Assembly: GCF_001194135.2 (NCBI RefSeq)
Contig: NC_068981.1
Coordinates: 58,740,139-58,775,834 of the forward strand
From: Octopus bimaculoides
Lineage: Eukaryota
Reading direction: 5' to 3'
Length of the DNA stretch: 35,696 nt
This document shows, one piece after another, positions 1 to 11,770 of the stretch. Positions within the stretch are counted from its first letter, which is position 1. Each line of letters opens with the position of its first letter. The translations under genes and the position numbers were made by a program. The notes beneath the pieces are model-generated. The model searched no databases. It was not told the origin of the DNA and worked only from the letters and a program-made list of their open reading frames with translations.

Positions 1-941
1 ATATATATAAATATATATATATAAATATAAATAAGACTAATCTATCATACAGCCTCTGTAGTGTGATTATAATTTCACCCTAAAAGAAATGGTAAAAACA
101 TAAATGAGATATTGATATCAATTTCAGTGATATGTTGTTTGGGCTGTTAGGAATAAATTATATCAAGTGTGGAAACATCTGGCATTCTATTGGAAGTAGA
201 TTGGGCTGCCTACTTTTTTCCCTTCATGTTTTAGTACTCCTGTTCTCTGAATGTCATAAATAGTTTAGTATGTAGTTAACTATGAGAAACCACCATCAGT
301 ATATGTATCTTTTTTTTTTATTGTGAAATAGAACTGTTTATTTTTCTAGGATGTAAGCAGCCCAATCATCTTCTGAAAGGATACCAAATATTTTAATGAT
401 TAATCAGTATACTGACATTTAATGAGAAAATATGCAAGCAAACACTAGTGTAGCTGGGTGTGTGGGTGTGTGGTAGGGGCAGCAAACAGAAGGGCCGTGC
501 ACACTCTAGCTACGCTAGTGCATGCAAATAGCTGTGTGTTTATATCCTGTGTGAAATAAATAAATAAAACAGCATTTTTAAATATTAGTTTCCTTTGATA
601 GAGTATATGAAGTGGAGAAATGGAAATTAAACTGAAATCCCAAAGCATGGGATTTGAACTCAAAATGCATTGAGACAAAACTAATATCATAGGGGACTTC
701 TGTTGATACTCTAACATTCATGATTCTACCAATCCTTGGCCTTGGAGTGGTACTTTATTTGTCAATCCCGAAAGGATGAAAGTAAAGTCAAGTTGACCTA
801 AACAGGATCTGAAAGCAGAAAGCAAGAAAAGAATACTCTAATTGCTGCCCTAATGCCTGTGCCAATTCAACACCACACACACAGTCTAATAAGTTTTACA
901 ACTCAGAAAAACAAGTATTGTAGAATGGATATATATTTATA

Positions 942-1053
942 CAGTATTATAAGTTTAGTTTCATTGCAGCCAATTTATGTTACCTAACAGTTTTTAATAC
1001 AAAACTGTTTGGTAACATGATTTGCTTGTTATGAAACTAAATTTATAATACTA
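942..1053. mobile_element. Short palindromic MITE-like element (Tc1/mariner-type TA flanks)
   Basis: Arms cagtattataagtttagtttcat...atgttacctaacagtttt and aaaactgtttggtaacatg...atgaaactaaatttataatacta are imperfect reverse complements along almost the whole length; TA on both sides. Confidence 0.6.
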
Positions 1054-1055
1054 TA

Positions 1056-1057
<2 letters not shown>

Positions 1058-1093
<36 letters not shown>
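1058..1093. repeat. (TA)n microsatellite
   Basis: Direct reading of an uninterrupted TA run. Confidence 0.95.
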
Positions 1094-1098
<5 letters not shown>

Positions 1099-1190
1099 AA
1101 AAAAAAAAATTACTTTTTGTCTGTGCAAGCTTTCAGAAGCCAATGGATGCCAGTTATTGTCCAACCCCATCACAATTATTTCTCCATCAC

Positions 1191-1340
1191 CAAGGGCTGG
1201 CCCTAGGGTTGCTGGCACTCTGGGCAAGCTGAACTTTGGTGTGTACAAGCTGACTGTCATGGAAATTTCCCTGTCTTTGTGATGTCCTCCTTGGCACCTT
1301 GGGCGATGGTCTGAGTTGCCAGTAACTTGAGTCGGCCCTG
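1191..1340. mobile_element. hAT-type MITE
   Basis: Termini caagggctggcc...gtcggccctg (CAGGG-type TIR); identical 8-bp flanks tccatcac at 1183-1190 and 1341-1348. Confidence 0.8.
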
Positions 1341-2019
1341 TCCATCACCAAAGAAATATATAACATTTGTGTTCATTTCCAGCTCACATTCAACAAATGA
1401 GTGCTTTCAGAAAATAGACTTTCTTTCATAACACAATACATTTCATTTGACATTAAACTAATGAAGTTAAATATTAATTGAATTTTGTTTAATGTTTGTA
1501 ACAATGTAATGCTTCATTAACCATTCATGTTTAGTCGTGTCTTTCTTTCATGCTTGGTGTAAATCATAAATCCTGAGTAAAAGGGTTTTACTTTGGGTGT
1601 TTATGTACACACACACACACAAAGTAAAATGCACTAAAAGAAAATAACTGAAAAGGGTCAGTGGCATGAATTTGGATAACAAAGTAAGAGAGGAGTTTAA
1701 TGATTGCAGTAAAGGATATGTTTTTAATTTATTAAAATTTTCCTTGTGGACAGAGAAAGAAAGCAAAAACCTACTGTTAGTTGCTAGCAAATCTGAACAA
1801 GGAAGGGAGATAATTTCAAGAAATTAAGAATAAATTCAAAACTGAATTGACACAGTTTAGGGTAAAAGGTAATCTAATCTTTGCTTTAGCTTTGATTTAT
1901 CCTCAGCAGCATTGTGTTGTCTTATTTTGCCTCATGTGCATGCAATTACAGTTATAGGTTTGGTCTGAATTTGTGGCATTTTTGGTAACCATAACCTTGG
2001 GTAGATACAAGCCTTTTAA

Positions 2020-2240
2020 TCTGTTAGCATTCAGAGATTACTCTGTAAATTATAATGCTTATCTATTCACATTATTTTGAATTAATTCATGCATTATCTC
2101 ATAGCATTGAAATTTTTATGTGATTAGAAGCATTTAGAAGTTTTAGTGTCGGGTAGGTGTGTGAGGCTAGCTCTGGCCAGTTTGTACATAAGACAAATAG
2201 AATATTTTGGTTGGATATGGCTGGTTTAAATGAAATTGGG
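2020..2240 (+). mobile_element. TTAA-type (piggyBac-like) MITE, copy 1, degenerate
   Basis: Colinear similarity to 7281-7497 (ttagcattcag..., gggtaggtgtg..., gatatggctggtttaaatg); TTAA at 2016-2019. Confidence 0.6.
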
Positions 2241-3280
2241 TAGATTGTACCTGTACAATCCATCCGACAACCTTGTCGTACACTGTGTTAAGCTGATCCT
2301 ACTTGAATATCACGTTAAGAGTACATGTGCCTGTACATGCGTACTTATGTATATATTCATATGTTTATGTATGCACATTTATAATAAAAGATATTCAAAG
2401 CACCTAATTTGATAAAAAACAATTATCTATCAAGGGGTTAATACTTTTGAAGGTTAAACAGTATCTAGAATATATTACTTAACTGTTTACAACAGACCTA
2501 CATTTTAGGCGACCTAAGAACATTTTTATCTATGTATGTCAGAGTAAGTGTTAAATTCACAAGTTGTTTGTATGAACTCTTTGATAAGCTGGTTGGATGA
2601 ACTCTGAACTTCAAAGGTACTGAAATGCTTTCGTGTTGTTCACAAAGTCTTGAGTCCAACTTGACACTGTTCTGAAAAAGAAGTGGCCTTTTTTATGGGA
2701 ATGAATACTGTTTTATAGACATTGAAATGATGTCAAAATTGTCATCAAACTGTTAGTCAAGAGCTGTGCTATCAATGACGAGCTGATACAAGACTGGCTT
2801 TAGAAAACGAGAAAAGTTCAACCATTTTGAAATTTCCAGCAACTGAATGTTGAATATGACCCTAAAGTATTTTTAAACATTCACAGAAAAACTGCTTTTA
2901 AAAGATTTCTACACTCAACAAACAACAACGTTCTCATTAAACTGTGCACTTGTGCATGTGCCCACATGTTTTAGAACCAGTGCACAAAGGGGAAAAAGCA
3001 TGCATACAAGGTTTTCAAGATGAAACCAATTTTTTTATTATAATTGTTAATTTTTATTATTATTAATTAAATCAGTATCAAATAAATATTAAATATTTTT
3101 ATCAGCTTTGTTTGTCTTTGTTGCCACATAGAGGAATCTTGAAACACAAAAATAAATGCAAAACAAATAAAAAACAATTAAAGTAAAAACAGAAATAAAT
3201 TTATTTCCCAAACGCGTGATAATGCTATAAATAGCATGATCAGGATTAATTATCCATTTATTGCAGTAAAATACGTTACT

Positions 3281-3353
3281 GGCCAGCCATGAGACTCGAA
3301 GTCACATCTCTGTGATTACGCGTCAAGTGTTTTACCATTAAAACTTTCATCGT
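3281..3353 (-). pseudogene. tRNA-Thr(CGT)-like pseudogene or tRNA-derived SINE head
   Basis: Minus strand gives D arm GTTT/AAAC with TGG loop, anticodon arm CTTGA-CG CGT AA-TCA(C)AG and T loop TTCGAGT with stem GTGAC/CTCAT. The 5' acceptor strand does not pair, U33 is G, and TTTT follows shortly after. Confidence 0.55.
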
Positions 3354-3378
3354 AAAGTTGAATTAAAGTAAAATATAT

Positions 3379-4202
3379 GCTTGAAAGAAATGAAGCTAGT
3401 ATGATCCGCTGGATGTGTAATGCTAGTGTGCATACACAACAGAGGGTGAGAGTTCTGAGAGAGAAGTTGGACATAAGAAGAATCAAATGTGGTGTGCAAG
3501 AGAGATGACTGCACTGGTATGGTCATGTGTCACATATGGATGAGGACAGCTGTGTGAGAAAGTGCCACACCCTAACTGTGGAAGGAACCTGTGGAAGAGG
3601 TAGACCCAAGAATACATGGGATGAGGTGGTGAAGCATGACCTTTGAACATTGGGCCTCACAAAGTCAATGGCAGGAGACCAAGACCTTTGGAGTTATGCT
3701 GTGATTGAGAAGATCCGGCAACTAAAGTAAGATTGCAGCCATGGCCGATGCCAGTGTTGCATGTCTGACCCATTTAAAAGTACTCTTGATGCATTGGACA
3801 ATATGATATGCTTGAGAAGACCTGTTGAGTCAAGTAAAACCAAAATCGTAGCTGTGGCCAGTGCTCCCTGACTGGCTCCTGTTCTGGTGGCATGTAAAAA
3901 GCACTATTCAAATGTGATCAATGCCAGGACTGCCTGACTGGCTCCTGTGTTGGTGGCAGTAAAAAACACCATCTGAATGTAGCCAAGGCCAGTGTTCCCT
4001 GACTGGCTCCTGTGCTGGTGGCATGTAAAAAGCACCCACTACACTTTCGGAGAGGTTGGCGTTAAGATGGGCATCCAGCTGTAGAAACATTGCCAGATCA
4101 GATTGGAGCCTGGTGCATCTGCTGGCTTTCCAGACCTCAGTAAAACCGTCCAACCCATGTCAGCATGGAAAACGGACATTAAACAATGATGATGATGATG
4201 AT
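3379..4202 (+). mobile_element. RTE-clade LINE, 5'-truncated 3' end with (GAT)n tail
   Basis: 3383-3730 translates ERNEASMIRWMC...ER*LHWYGHVSHMDEDSCVRKC...GRGRPKNTWDEVVKHDL*TLGL...DQDLW, the RTE C-terminal motif set. Both stops are TGA where Arg (CGA) is expected. 3' UTR has tandem repeats and ends in a gatgatgat tail at 4186-4202. Confidence 0.88.
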
Positions 4203-4248
4203 ATGTATAATGATTAGTGTAATTTAAGGAAAAATCAAATTAAAAAGG

Positions 4249-4795
4249 TATGGCACCAGCATGGGTGCTTTTACATGGCACCAGCTCCTGCGAGCCCACA
4301 AGTCAAGGACCCCTCAGCTTAGGGAGTGGGAGGCATGACATACCTGTATGTATGGATGGTAATGATTTTACTTTTCAAGCACAACAAACTGCCAGGATCC
4401 TTGGTCCCTTGCCATCTCCTCTGCGAGGCTCAAAATCTGAAGATTATTTCTCACCTCTTTGTCTATGTCTTCTTGGGTCTCTCCACCATTAGAGATTAGC
4501 ACTTCTTTATACAGCTGTCCTCATCCATATGCATCACATGACCATACATGTGCAGTCTTCTCTCTCTCACACTACATCTGATGCCTCTTATACCCAATTT
4601 TTCTTTAAAATTCTCCATACTCTGTTGTACATGCATACTGACATTATCCATCTAGCAGAGCATGCTGGCTTCATTTCTTTCAAGCCTTTGCATGTCCTCT
4701 GTAGTCATAGCCCATGTTTCACTGTCATGTAGCATAGCTGTACATACACAGGCATCATATAATCTGCCTTTAACTCTTGGGGAGATGCCCTTTAT
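4249..4795 (-). mobile_element. RTE-clade LINE 3' fragment, opposite strand
   Basis: Minus translation IKGISPRVKGRLYDACVCTAMLHDSETWAMTTEDMQRLERNEASMLC*...RRLHMYGHVMHMDEDSCIKKC*; same family as 3379-4202. Confidence 0.85.
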
Positions 4796-4797
4796 CC

Positions 4798-4992
4798 GTG
4801 CCATGTAAAAGCACCTAAGCTGGTGCCACATAAAAGCATCCAGTTCACTCTATAAAGTGGTTGGTGTTCAAGAAGAGCATCTAATCAAAACAGACAATTG
4901 GAGCCTGGGCAACTCTTCAGCTGGCCAACTCCTGTTACACTATCTAACCCATACTAGCATGGAAAATGAACATTAAATGATGATGATGATGA
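4798..4992 (+). mobile_element. RTE 3' UTR / RTE-partner SINE fragment with (GAT)n tail
   Basis: gtgccatgtaaaagcacc...aacccatactagcatggaaaatgaacattaaatgatgatgatgatga matches 4015-4202. Confidence 0.75.
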
Positions 4993-5756
4993 ATTATATC
5001 TTAAATTATGCACATTTAAAAATGGTGTGCATTTGCTTAAGTGAGCAATATGGCATTTGAATGATGGTCACTTGCATGGATGCACACATACTTTGCAAAG
5101 AAAGACAAAATTTGTACTCAAGTAGAAAATTAGAGGAGCATTGTGGAACAGGTTTATCCTTTATTTTTTCACTGCATAACTCAATATGTTAGTCTTATTA
5201 AGAATATTAGTCTTATCAATTCATCTTATAATTTAGACATGGGGAATGGATATGATATTATATACATTTTTCTTATTGGTGTTTAACCAAATATTCCAGT
5301 CATAGACATCCAGTCATTTTAAGGGTGTTTTGAACTTCATTATTGGTAGAATGAGGGATAAATAGCTGATCAAAGATATCTTCATTTGAAAAACTGCTGT
5401 ACCTCTTTAGATTTGGTGTTGAAATCTGAATTGAAGCTGCGTAACTGGCAGATTCAGAAAAATTGAGTGAATAAAAGAGTAGATAAGTTCGTCTGTAGTG
5501 CAAGGAAGAATAACAGAGATAGAAGAGGGAGTTACTGTCCATTTAGGAAAAACCATCCTGCTAAATGCACACTTCTCTGCAACTTCTAATTTCTACTTTT
5601 TAACTTCTTGTCTGTAAAGTTGGAGATTCCTCTCCCAATGACATTCAAACTTAGGGAATTTTAAACATTACTAATAAATACAATTTTTGCTAATGAAGAC
5701 TGCCACTGATTTTTTTTTAATAAACTATTAGCAATTAATTCTAACTCAATGTTGTT

Positions 5757-5935
5757 GTCTAGCTCCAAGTCAGCTCTGCTCAAGAACCATGATCAAAATC
5801 ATTCAAGCCATGACCATCCTGTTTTTCCTTATGTGCAGGGAACCCAAGACTACATTTGTAGAGTACGATTGATATGAAGGAGGTTTGCTGTTATTTCTAG
5901 AAGATCAAGTGACTATGTAGAGGCTCTCTCACTGG
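5757..5935 (+). repeat. Dispersed repeat family D, copy 1 (also about 10925-11075 and 17853-18055)
   Basis: Shared blocks atgatcaaa...atgaccatcct and tatttctag(a/c)agatcaag(t/c)ga between 5.8 kb and 17.9-18.0 kb; more decayed match at 10.9 kb. Confidence 0.55.
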
Positions 5936-6084
5936 CTTGCCTTATATCTTTGTATCGTCTTGGTGATGACAATGTATGTTCTTCATTGAATAATAAAAAA
6001 CTTGTACCATTTAATTTAATCTGCCCAACATTATGACAATGAAATGCATAAATCTACATGAGCATTGGCCACACTAAACAAATT

Positions 6085-6390
6085 GAACATGGTTTGGGGT
6101 TTAGGGGTTCAGTCCCACTGTGTAGCACCTTAGGCAATGTCTTCTACTGCAGCCTCAGGCCAACCAAAGTCTTGTGAGTGGATTTGACAGACAGAAACTG
6201 AAGAAAGCCTGTTGTATATGTGTGTGTGTGTGCGTGTGTGTGTGTGTGTGTTTGTCTCCCACACACTGCTTCGCAACTGGTGTTGGTGTGTTTATGTCCC
6301 CATAACCTAATGGTTTGGCAAAGGAGGCCGAAAGAACAAATACCAGGCTTTAAAAGAAAAAGTATTGAGGGTATGGCAACAGTCTAATGA
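6085..6390 (+). mobile_element. tRNA-derived SINE family A
   Basis: B box ggttcagtccc, core gtcttctact..agcc...gtgagtggatttg..aga..gaaactg, central (TG)n and conserved 3' block, all shared with the other copies. Confidence 0.85.
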
Positions 6391-6749
6391 CAGAAACAAG
6401 CAAAAGAAAAGATTACTTATGTGAGGCTTCTACAGGATGTGTATGTAATATGAGACGCACCTGTTGTTGTCTTGTTCCTCNNNNNNNNNNNNNNNNNNNN
6501 NNNNNNNNNNNNNNNNNNNNNNNNNNNNNNNNNNNNNNNNNNNNNNNNNNNNNNNNNNNNNNNNNNNNNNNNNNNNNNNNNNNNNNNNNNNNNNNNNNNN
6601 NNNNNNNNNNNNNNNNNNNNNNNNNNNNNNNNNNNNNNNNNNNNNNNNNNNNNNNNNNNNNNNNNNNNNNNNNNNNNNNNNNNNNNNNNNNNNNNNNNNN
6701 NNNNNNNNNNNNNNNNNNNNNNNNNNNNNNNNNNNNNNNNNNNNNNNNN

Positions 6750-6790
<41 letters not shown>

Positions 6791-7280
6791 CACACACACA
6801 CATAAAATACAATTGATATGACACAATTTTTAGAACAACCTTCTTAAAAAAGTGTTTATGAGACATTACATGACTTTTACTGCTTTTTTTTTTACCGCCA
6901 AATAAACAACTACAAAATGTCACCTGATTGTCAATGTCATGTGAAGCTACTTCTTGCTGATGTGATGTAATAAATCTGAAATATATTTAAAGTTGTCACC
7001 ATATTATCAAAGATCAGACTCATTTTCCACTGCATCCTATTTTCAATTAATTTAAGAGTCAGGAGCTTATCTCCTTTGTCTTTCTTGAAAAGAGTTATTT
7101 CTCAAGATAATGATTGGTTATTGTCACTAAAATTCAAATTTTTTGGCTCACTAAGTTATGTTAATAATCACTTTACTAATTGTTTTTCATTCAGTTGGTA
7201 TCTCTTGTATTTTTTCCCTTTCCCCAGTCAAACATAAATATCTGATAACATTCTATAATTCTGGGTTGTTTCATTTTCTT

Positions 7281-7497
7281 CTCTTTAGCATTCAGATTAC
7301 TCCACTAAATGTAAAGTTTATTTATTCATATCGTCTTGAATTAATCATATAATGTCTCATAGTTTTGAGATTTTGATGACGTTGTCTATTTTTAGAATGA
7401 CATTGTAGGGTAGGTGTGAGATGTTAGATCAGGCCAGTTTGAACATAAAACAGGAGGCCTATTTTGATCAGATATGGCTGGTTTAAATGCTAAAGGG
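7281..7497 (+). mobile_element. TTAA-type (piggyBac-like) MITE, copy 2
   Basis: ctctttagcatt...aatgctaaaggg termini (CCCTTT-type TIR) followed by TTAA at 7498-7501; homologous to 2020-2240. Confidence 0.7.
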
Positions 7498-8389
7498 TTA
7501 AGGCAAAAAACAGGACCATTTTGATTGAGACATGAAACCATAGTTAAATGTGTCAATGAGGTCAGTGTTTTGATTTCTGTCATCAGCATTTTTTTTTTAC
7601 TGCAGGTCAAGACACTTAACTTTAAAATGTCAGTCCATATAACTAAATAGGAACTAAAACGGTGGCATGGAGTACCATTGTAAACAACAAAGATACTGTA
7701 TTATTGGTTTCTAACACTGGTGTAGGTCTAAAATTTTAAGGGAAGGTACAGTTGATTAATTCATCTCCAGTACTTGACTTGTACTTTATTTTATTGATAC
7801 TTTCAAAGCTAACCTCTAAAGGATTTGAATTTAGAATGTAAAGGATCACATACACAAATTGTCACAATTTGTGTAATTTTTCAAAAGGCTATCTGCAAGC
7901 AATCAACTGCTGAATAACCCACAAACACATTAAATTTGAAAATTTTCTAGAAAACGTCCAAGGCCTACAGAGAACACTTATGCCCTAATTCTGGCATAGA
8001 GATGCTCTTGCTGGCTTGTGCAAAGGCTGGTTTTTAAGACCACTATCTGTAACAGATGAGAGACAAAACCCTTCCCCTTTTAGGCAGGATGATAGTGAAT
8101 AGTAAGTAACATTGCTTTGAAGTTTCAATACCTATCTTTGCAGCAAACTGGCCTAAGATATGTAGAATAAGTATCCTATATTAAAACTAACTAAAAGTCT
8201 TGCAGAGTATCTAAATTTATGACACTATTGGCTTGAATATTTAGTATGTCAAATATATCAGAAAAAATTATAATATAAATAGCATATAATATGACAGGAA
8301 ACCTGTTTAACTTGTTAAACTATTAATGAGAAGAACTTAAAAACTAGTTACAGGTGTTATGTAATGAAGAGGAGATATCTGGTAGACTA

Positions 8390-10030
8390 TTGTGTTTCCC
8401 CGAAAATAAGGCCTACTCCAAAATTAAGACATAGTAAAAAAATGTATCAGCTTGTTAGCAAGACCATGTGATGTACACAAAATAAACCAACTACTGCAGC
8501 TTGGCTAAAGTCTGCACTAAGTGCGCATGTATTGAGTTGACTCCCTTGTTCCCTAGGCAAGATGACTGCAAAAAGAAAGAGTTATTCCGTGAAGTACAAG
8601 AAAGGAATTGTGGAAGAGTCACATAACAAGAATCTCACAGCTTTCTGTAAGGAGAAGATGGATCTCTGAATGTTTCAAAAATGGCAAGCAGACAGATGGA
8701 TGAAGGAAGTGCTAAGAAGTGCAAGTGTGGACCAGGTTGACAACCGTTATTTTTGGAGCTGAAAGATATCACCTCGGGATGGATTGATAACAGAAAAACA
8801 AAGGCTTTGGTTGTACACAGGGCTGATATTTAAGAATTTGCTCTTGCAATGGCACCACAGTTGGATATACCCCCAGAGATATTCAAAGGATCACCTCATT
8901 GGTTGGATAACTTCCTTTGGCGACATGATCTCTCTCTAAGATCGACAACACTGTTCAAGCTGGAGGATGCTGAAGTGATTCAATGTGCACTTGCATTCAC
9001 ATCCTCCGCTGATTGTATCTTCTAAATACAATCTCTCCAATATAATTGCTACAGATGAGACTGCAGTGTTTATGGGCCAAGGATCTAAAACGACAATTCA
9101 ACAGACGGTGCCTCGACAATCTACGTTGCCTCAGTGGGTTATGAAAGTGCAAGAGTTACTTGTATTTTAGCAATTTGTCTTGATGGAATAAAAGTCCCAC
9201 TGCTTATCACAAAGGACAAAAAAGAGAAAACAGAATGAGTTTTAGGCATTTATGTCCTTGAAACGGAAAAGTTTTGGTGCACACAAGTTGTTATAAGAAA
9301 ATGGGTTGATTTAACTAAGTCACTTGTTTTACATGGTACTCAAAGAGGTCTTTTAGTCTAGGATTCAGCCGGTACTCATCATGTAAAAGATATGAAAACC
9401 TTTCTCAAAGAAGAATTGACCACATAATGATTCCCATGAGAATGACTTCATATCTACAAACATTAGGTCATGTAATAAACAAGCCCTTCAAGGATTATTT
9501 GCGGATGGAAGTGAATGAACATATCGAACATAGAATGGAGAAAAATCAGCATGGAAACTTTGTCAAACCCAACCTCCAAGAAGTTGCGAATTGGGTGAAG
9601 AATTCATGAAATAAAATTACCGACAGTTGCGTTACCAATGCACTATGAGCAGGGTACTTGGACAAAAAAGTGTTCATTTAAGGCAAAATATACTGCCAAA
9701 CATAAGAGATTGGGGTCCATGATTCTACTGAAAATGGATTTGTAAGAAATTCAGTCTGAAATTTGGGGTTTGATGATTTATAATGATGTTCTAGAAGAGG
9801 TTGAAACGTTTGTACTTGACTAAAAACAAGAAGCAAATACATAAACTTTTGATAACTAAAAACATGAGTTTCCTTTTTACATTTTTTTCCTTTTACACGA
9901 GGAGATGAGACTTTTTACGCTTTTTGGATTTTTCCACAAAAATATAAGACATCCCCCGAAAATAAGCCCTAGTGCATTTTTTGGATGCAAAATTAATATG
10001 AGACTGAGTTTTATTTTTGGGGAAACACAG
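8390..10030 (+). mobile_element. pogo/Tigger DNA transposon, near full length, inactive
   Basis: TIRs ttgtgtttccccgaaaataa and (reverse complement) ctgtgtttccccaaaaataa match 18/20; TA at 8388-8389 and 10031-10032; internal decayed transposase. Confidence 0.9.
8562..9823 (+). pseudogene. pogo/Tigger transposase pseudogene (HTH + CENP-B-type HTH + DDE_1)
   Basis: MTAKRKSYSVKYKKGIVEE..., FKGSPHWLDNFLWRHDLSLR (CENP-B HTH), IIATDETAV (first D), LV*DSAGTH (second D), LQTLGHVINKPFKDYLR (third D mutated to G); several stops and frameshifts. Confidence 0.88.
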
Positions 10031-10401
10031 TAAGATTTAACCACGCACAGAAGATTACCAATATTTTTTATCTAACTTAACTCTATAATACTATAATATT
10101 ACTTAGAAATTTTACGTGTTGAGTTCAAATCTTGCAGAGGCCAAATCACATACACTAAAGTTTTTAGAAGATATTCCTTGCTGAAATTGGGTGCTGGGCT
10201 AGGAGTGGGGCCTTTACACACCAGAAAATACAGTAAGTTTCAGCAAAGCATCTCTTAACATATATCTTCAATATGTTGGGTAAGCTGCACATCAATAGTA
10301 CAGAAAGAATATGCTTACATTCTTACTTAGCTCACATTAAGGCTGTATAATATTTAAATTAATTTCAAATTCTTTTAAATCTCCAAATGGCTAGGTGTAT
10401 A

Positions 10402-10705
10402 CCTTAGAAGTTGATAAATTCTGTTATCCAAGTGACCTAATTAACAGTGGACTTGGGTATTCCAAAAGAAGAGTTAAAATGGATTGAAAAAAGTTCAGGA
10501 AGCTCTTACTTTTGCTGGTAACACTGTGCTTAAGCAGAAGTATGATATTAGTGTTCATGAACGACAGAATACAAATGAGCTGAGACAGAAACTGAATATC
10601 AAATGAATCTAATATAGTGTATATGAGAGAAGATTACACTGACACAAGCAAATGATATGTATGAAAGATGTCAGTTGTATAAAGAAGTGCTGAGTCTTCC
10701 AAGTG
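10402..10705 (+). mobile_element. Old RTE LINE fragment
   Basis: LEVDKFCYPSDLINSGLG (resembles the RTE FCYLGD..SSGG motif) and SVHERQNTNELRQKLNI...ERRLH...SCIKKC, homologous to the 3.4 kb copy. Confidence 0.65.
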
Positions 10706-11439
10706 GCTGCTATACTTACTAAATATAGTAGGAGAAACATTGCTTTCTGAGGTGTTTTCTCACAGCTGATGAAATTATATATTATCTTTTCTCTTGGTAT
10801 ATAGGTGTACATAGTCTGAGGAATGCTTTTCTAATTCAAGATAGTAATGGCTGCTCTTTGTAGCAGATACAGTGACCACTCAAAAGCCTTCCCTCATTGA
10901 CTCAAAGTAAACATTGTTTTTATTATTTAACCCCAGATCAGTCTGTCAAACAAATATATGATGAAAGGCGTGACTGTTTCACCTCTTTGTATATCAGGAA
11001 TTACATTGTTCAGTAAATCCTTTATTTAAGATGACAATTTAAGAGGTTTGGTTACTATTTCTACTATGTTGAACAACTATGTTGAATACCAAGCCAGTCA
11101 ACATACATCAACATCTCTTCAATGTAGTAATAAACAGTAAACAGCTATCCTTTCTCTCTCTCACACACATCCACATATGCACATGCACTTTCTATTTCAT
11201 TTTTTTTTGCAGAGGTGTTTGGTGCAAGAGACAGTGTAAAGTTTCATTTATTTTGGAAGGATTGCAATAGGTGACGAGAAGAAAACTTGGTAGAATTTCA
11301 TTGCACATATTCATATATTTACATTAGAATCATTATGAATTATATCTGAAATCTGTTTTTCTGCCTTTTCTGTTAAATATATACTCTACTCAGAAAGTTT
11401 GAATACAAGATAGCTTTTATTTCTGACTACATTATTACA

Positions 11440-11770
11440 CGGTTAAAACTACAACCATGTGGTTTCAGGTTCAGTCCCATTCATGGCACCTTAGGCAGGT
11501 GTCTTCTACTATAGCCCCAGGTTAACCAATATATTGTGAGTGGATTTGGTAGATGGAAACTGTGTGTAAGCCTATCACATGTGTGCATGTGTGTGTGTGT
11601 GCACACGCATGCATGCATGTGTGTTTGTCCCTCTCCACTGCTTGACAAACAGTGTTGGTTTGTTTATGTCTCTGCAACAAAGCAGTTCAGCAATAGAGAC
11701 TGATTGAATAAATATTAGATTTAAAAGAAAAACAAGTACTGGTGTTGATTTGTATGACTAAAACCCTTCA
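11440..11770 (+). mobile_element. tRNA-derived SINE family A
   Basis: accatgtggtttcaggttcagtccc...gtgtcttctactatagccc...gtgagtggatttggtagatggaaactg...aaacccttcaa. Confidence 0.85.

Noticed and set aside
341-358. 3-nt microexon (tttttctAG-GAT-GTAAGC)
   Set aside because: Such a motif arises easily by chance in AT-rich DNA, and there is no gene context to support it.
6387-6923. Long ORFs spanning N gaps (also near 15.9, 21.4, 23.1, 29.3 and 30.5 kb)
   Set aside because: They are open only because N runs and TA/TG microsatellites lack stops; they are not evidence of genes.
7951-8030. PPR-like peptide hints (PTENTYALIL, LLLACAKAG)
   Set aside because: The two pieces are in different frames and each is closed by a stop; likely chance.
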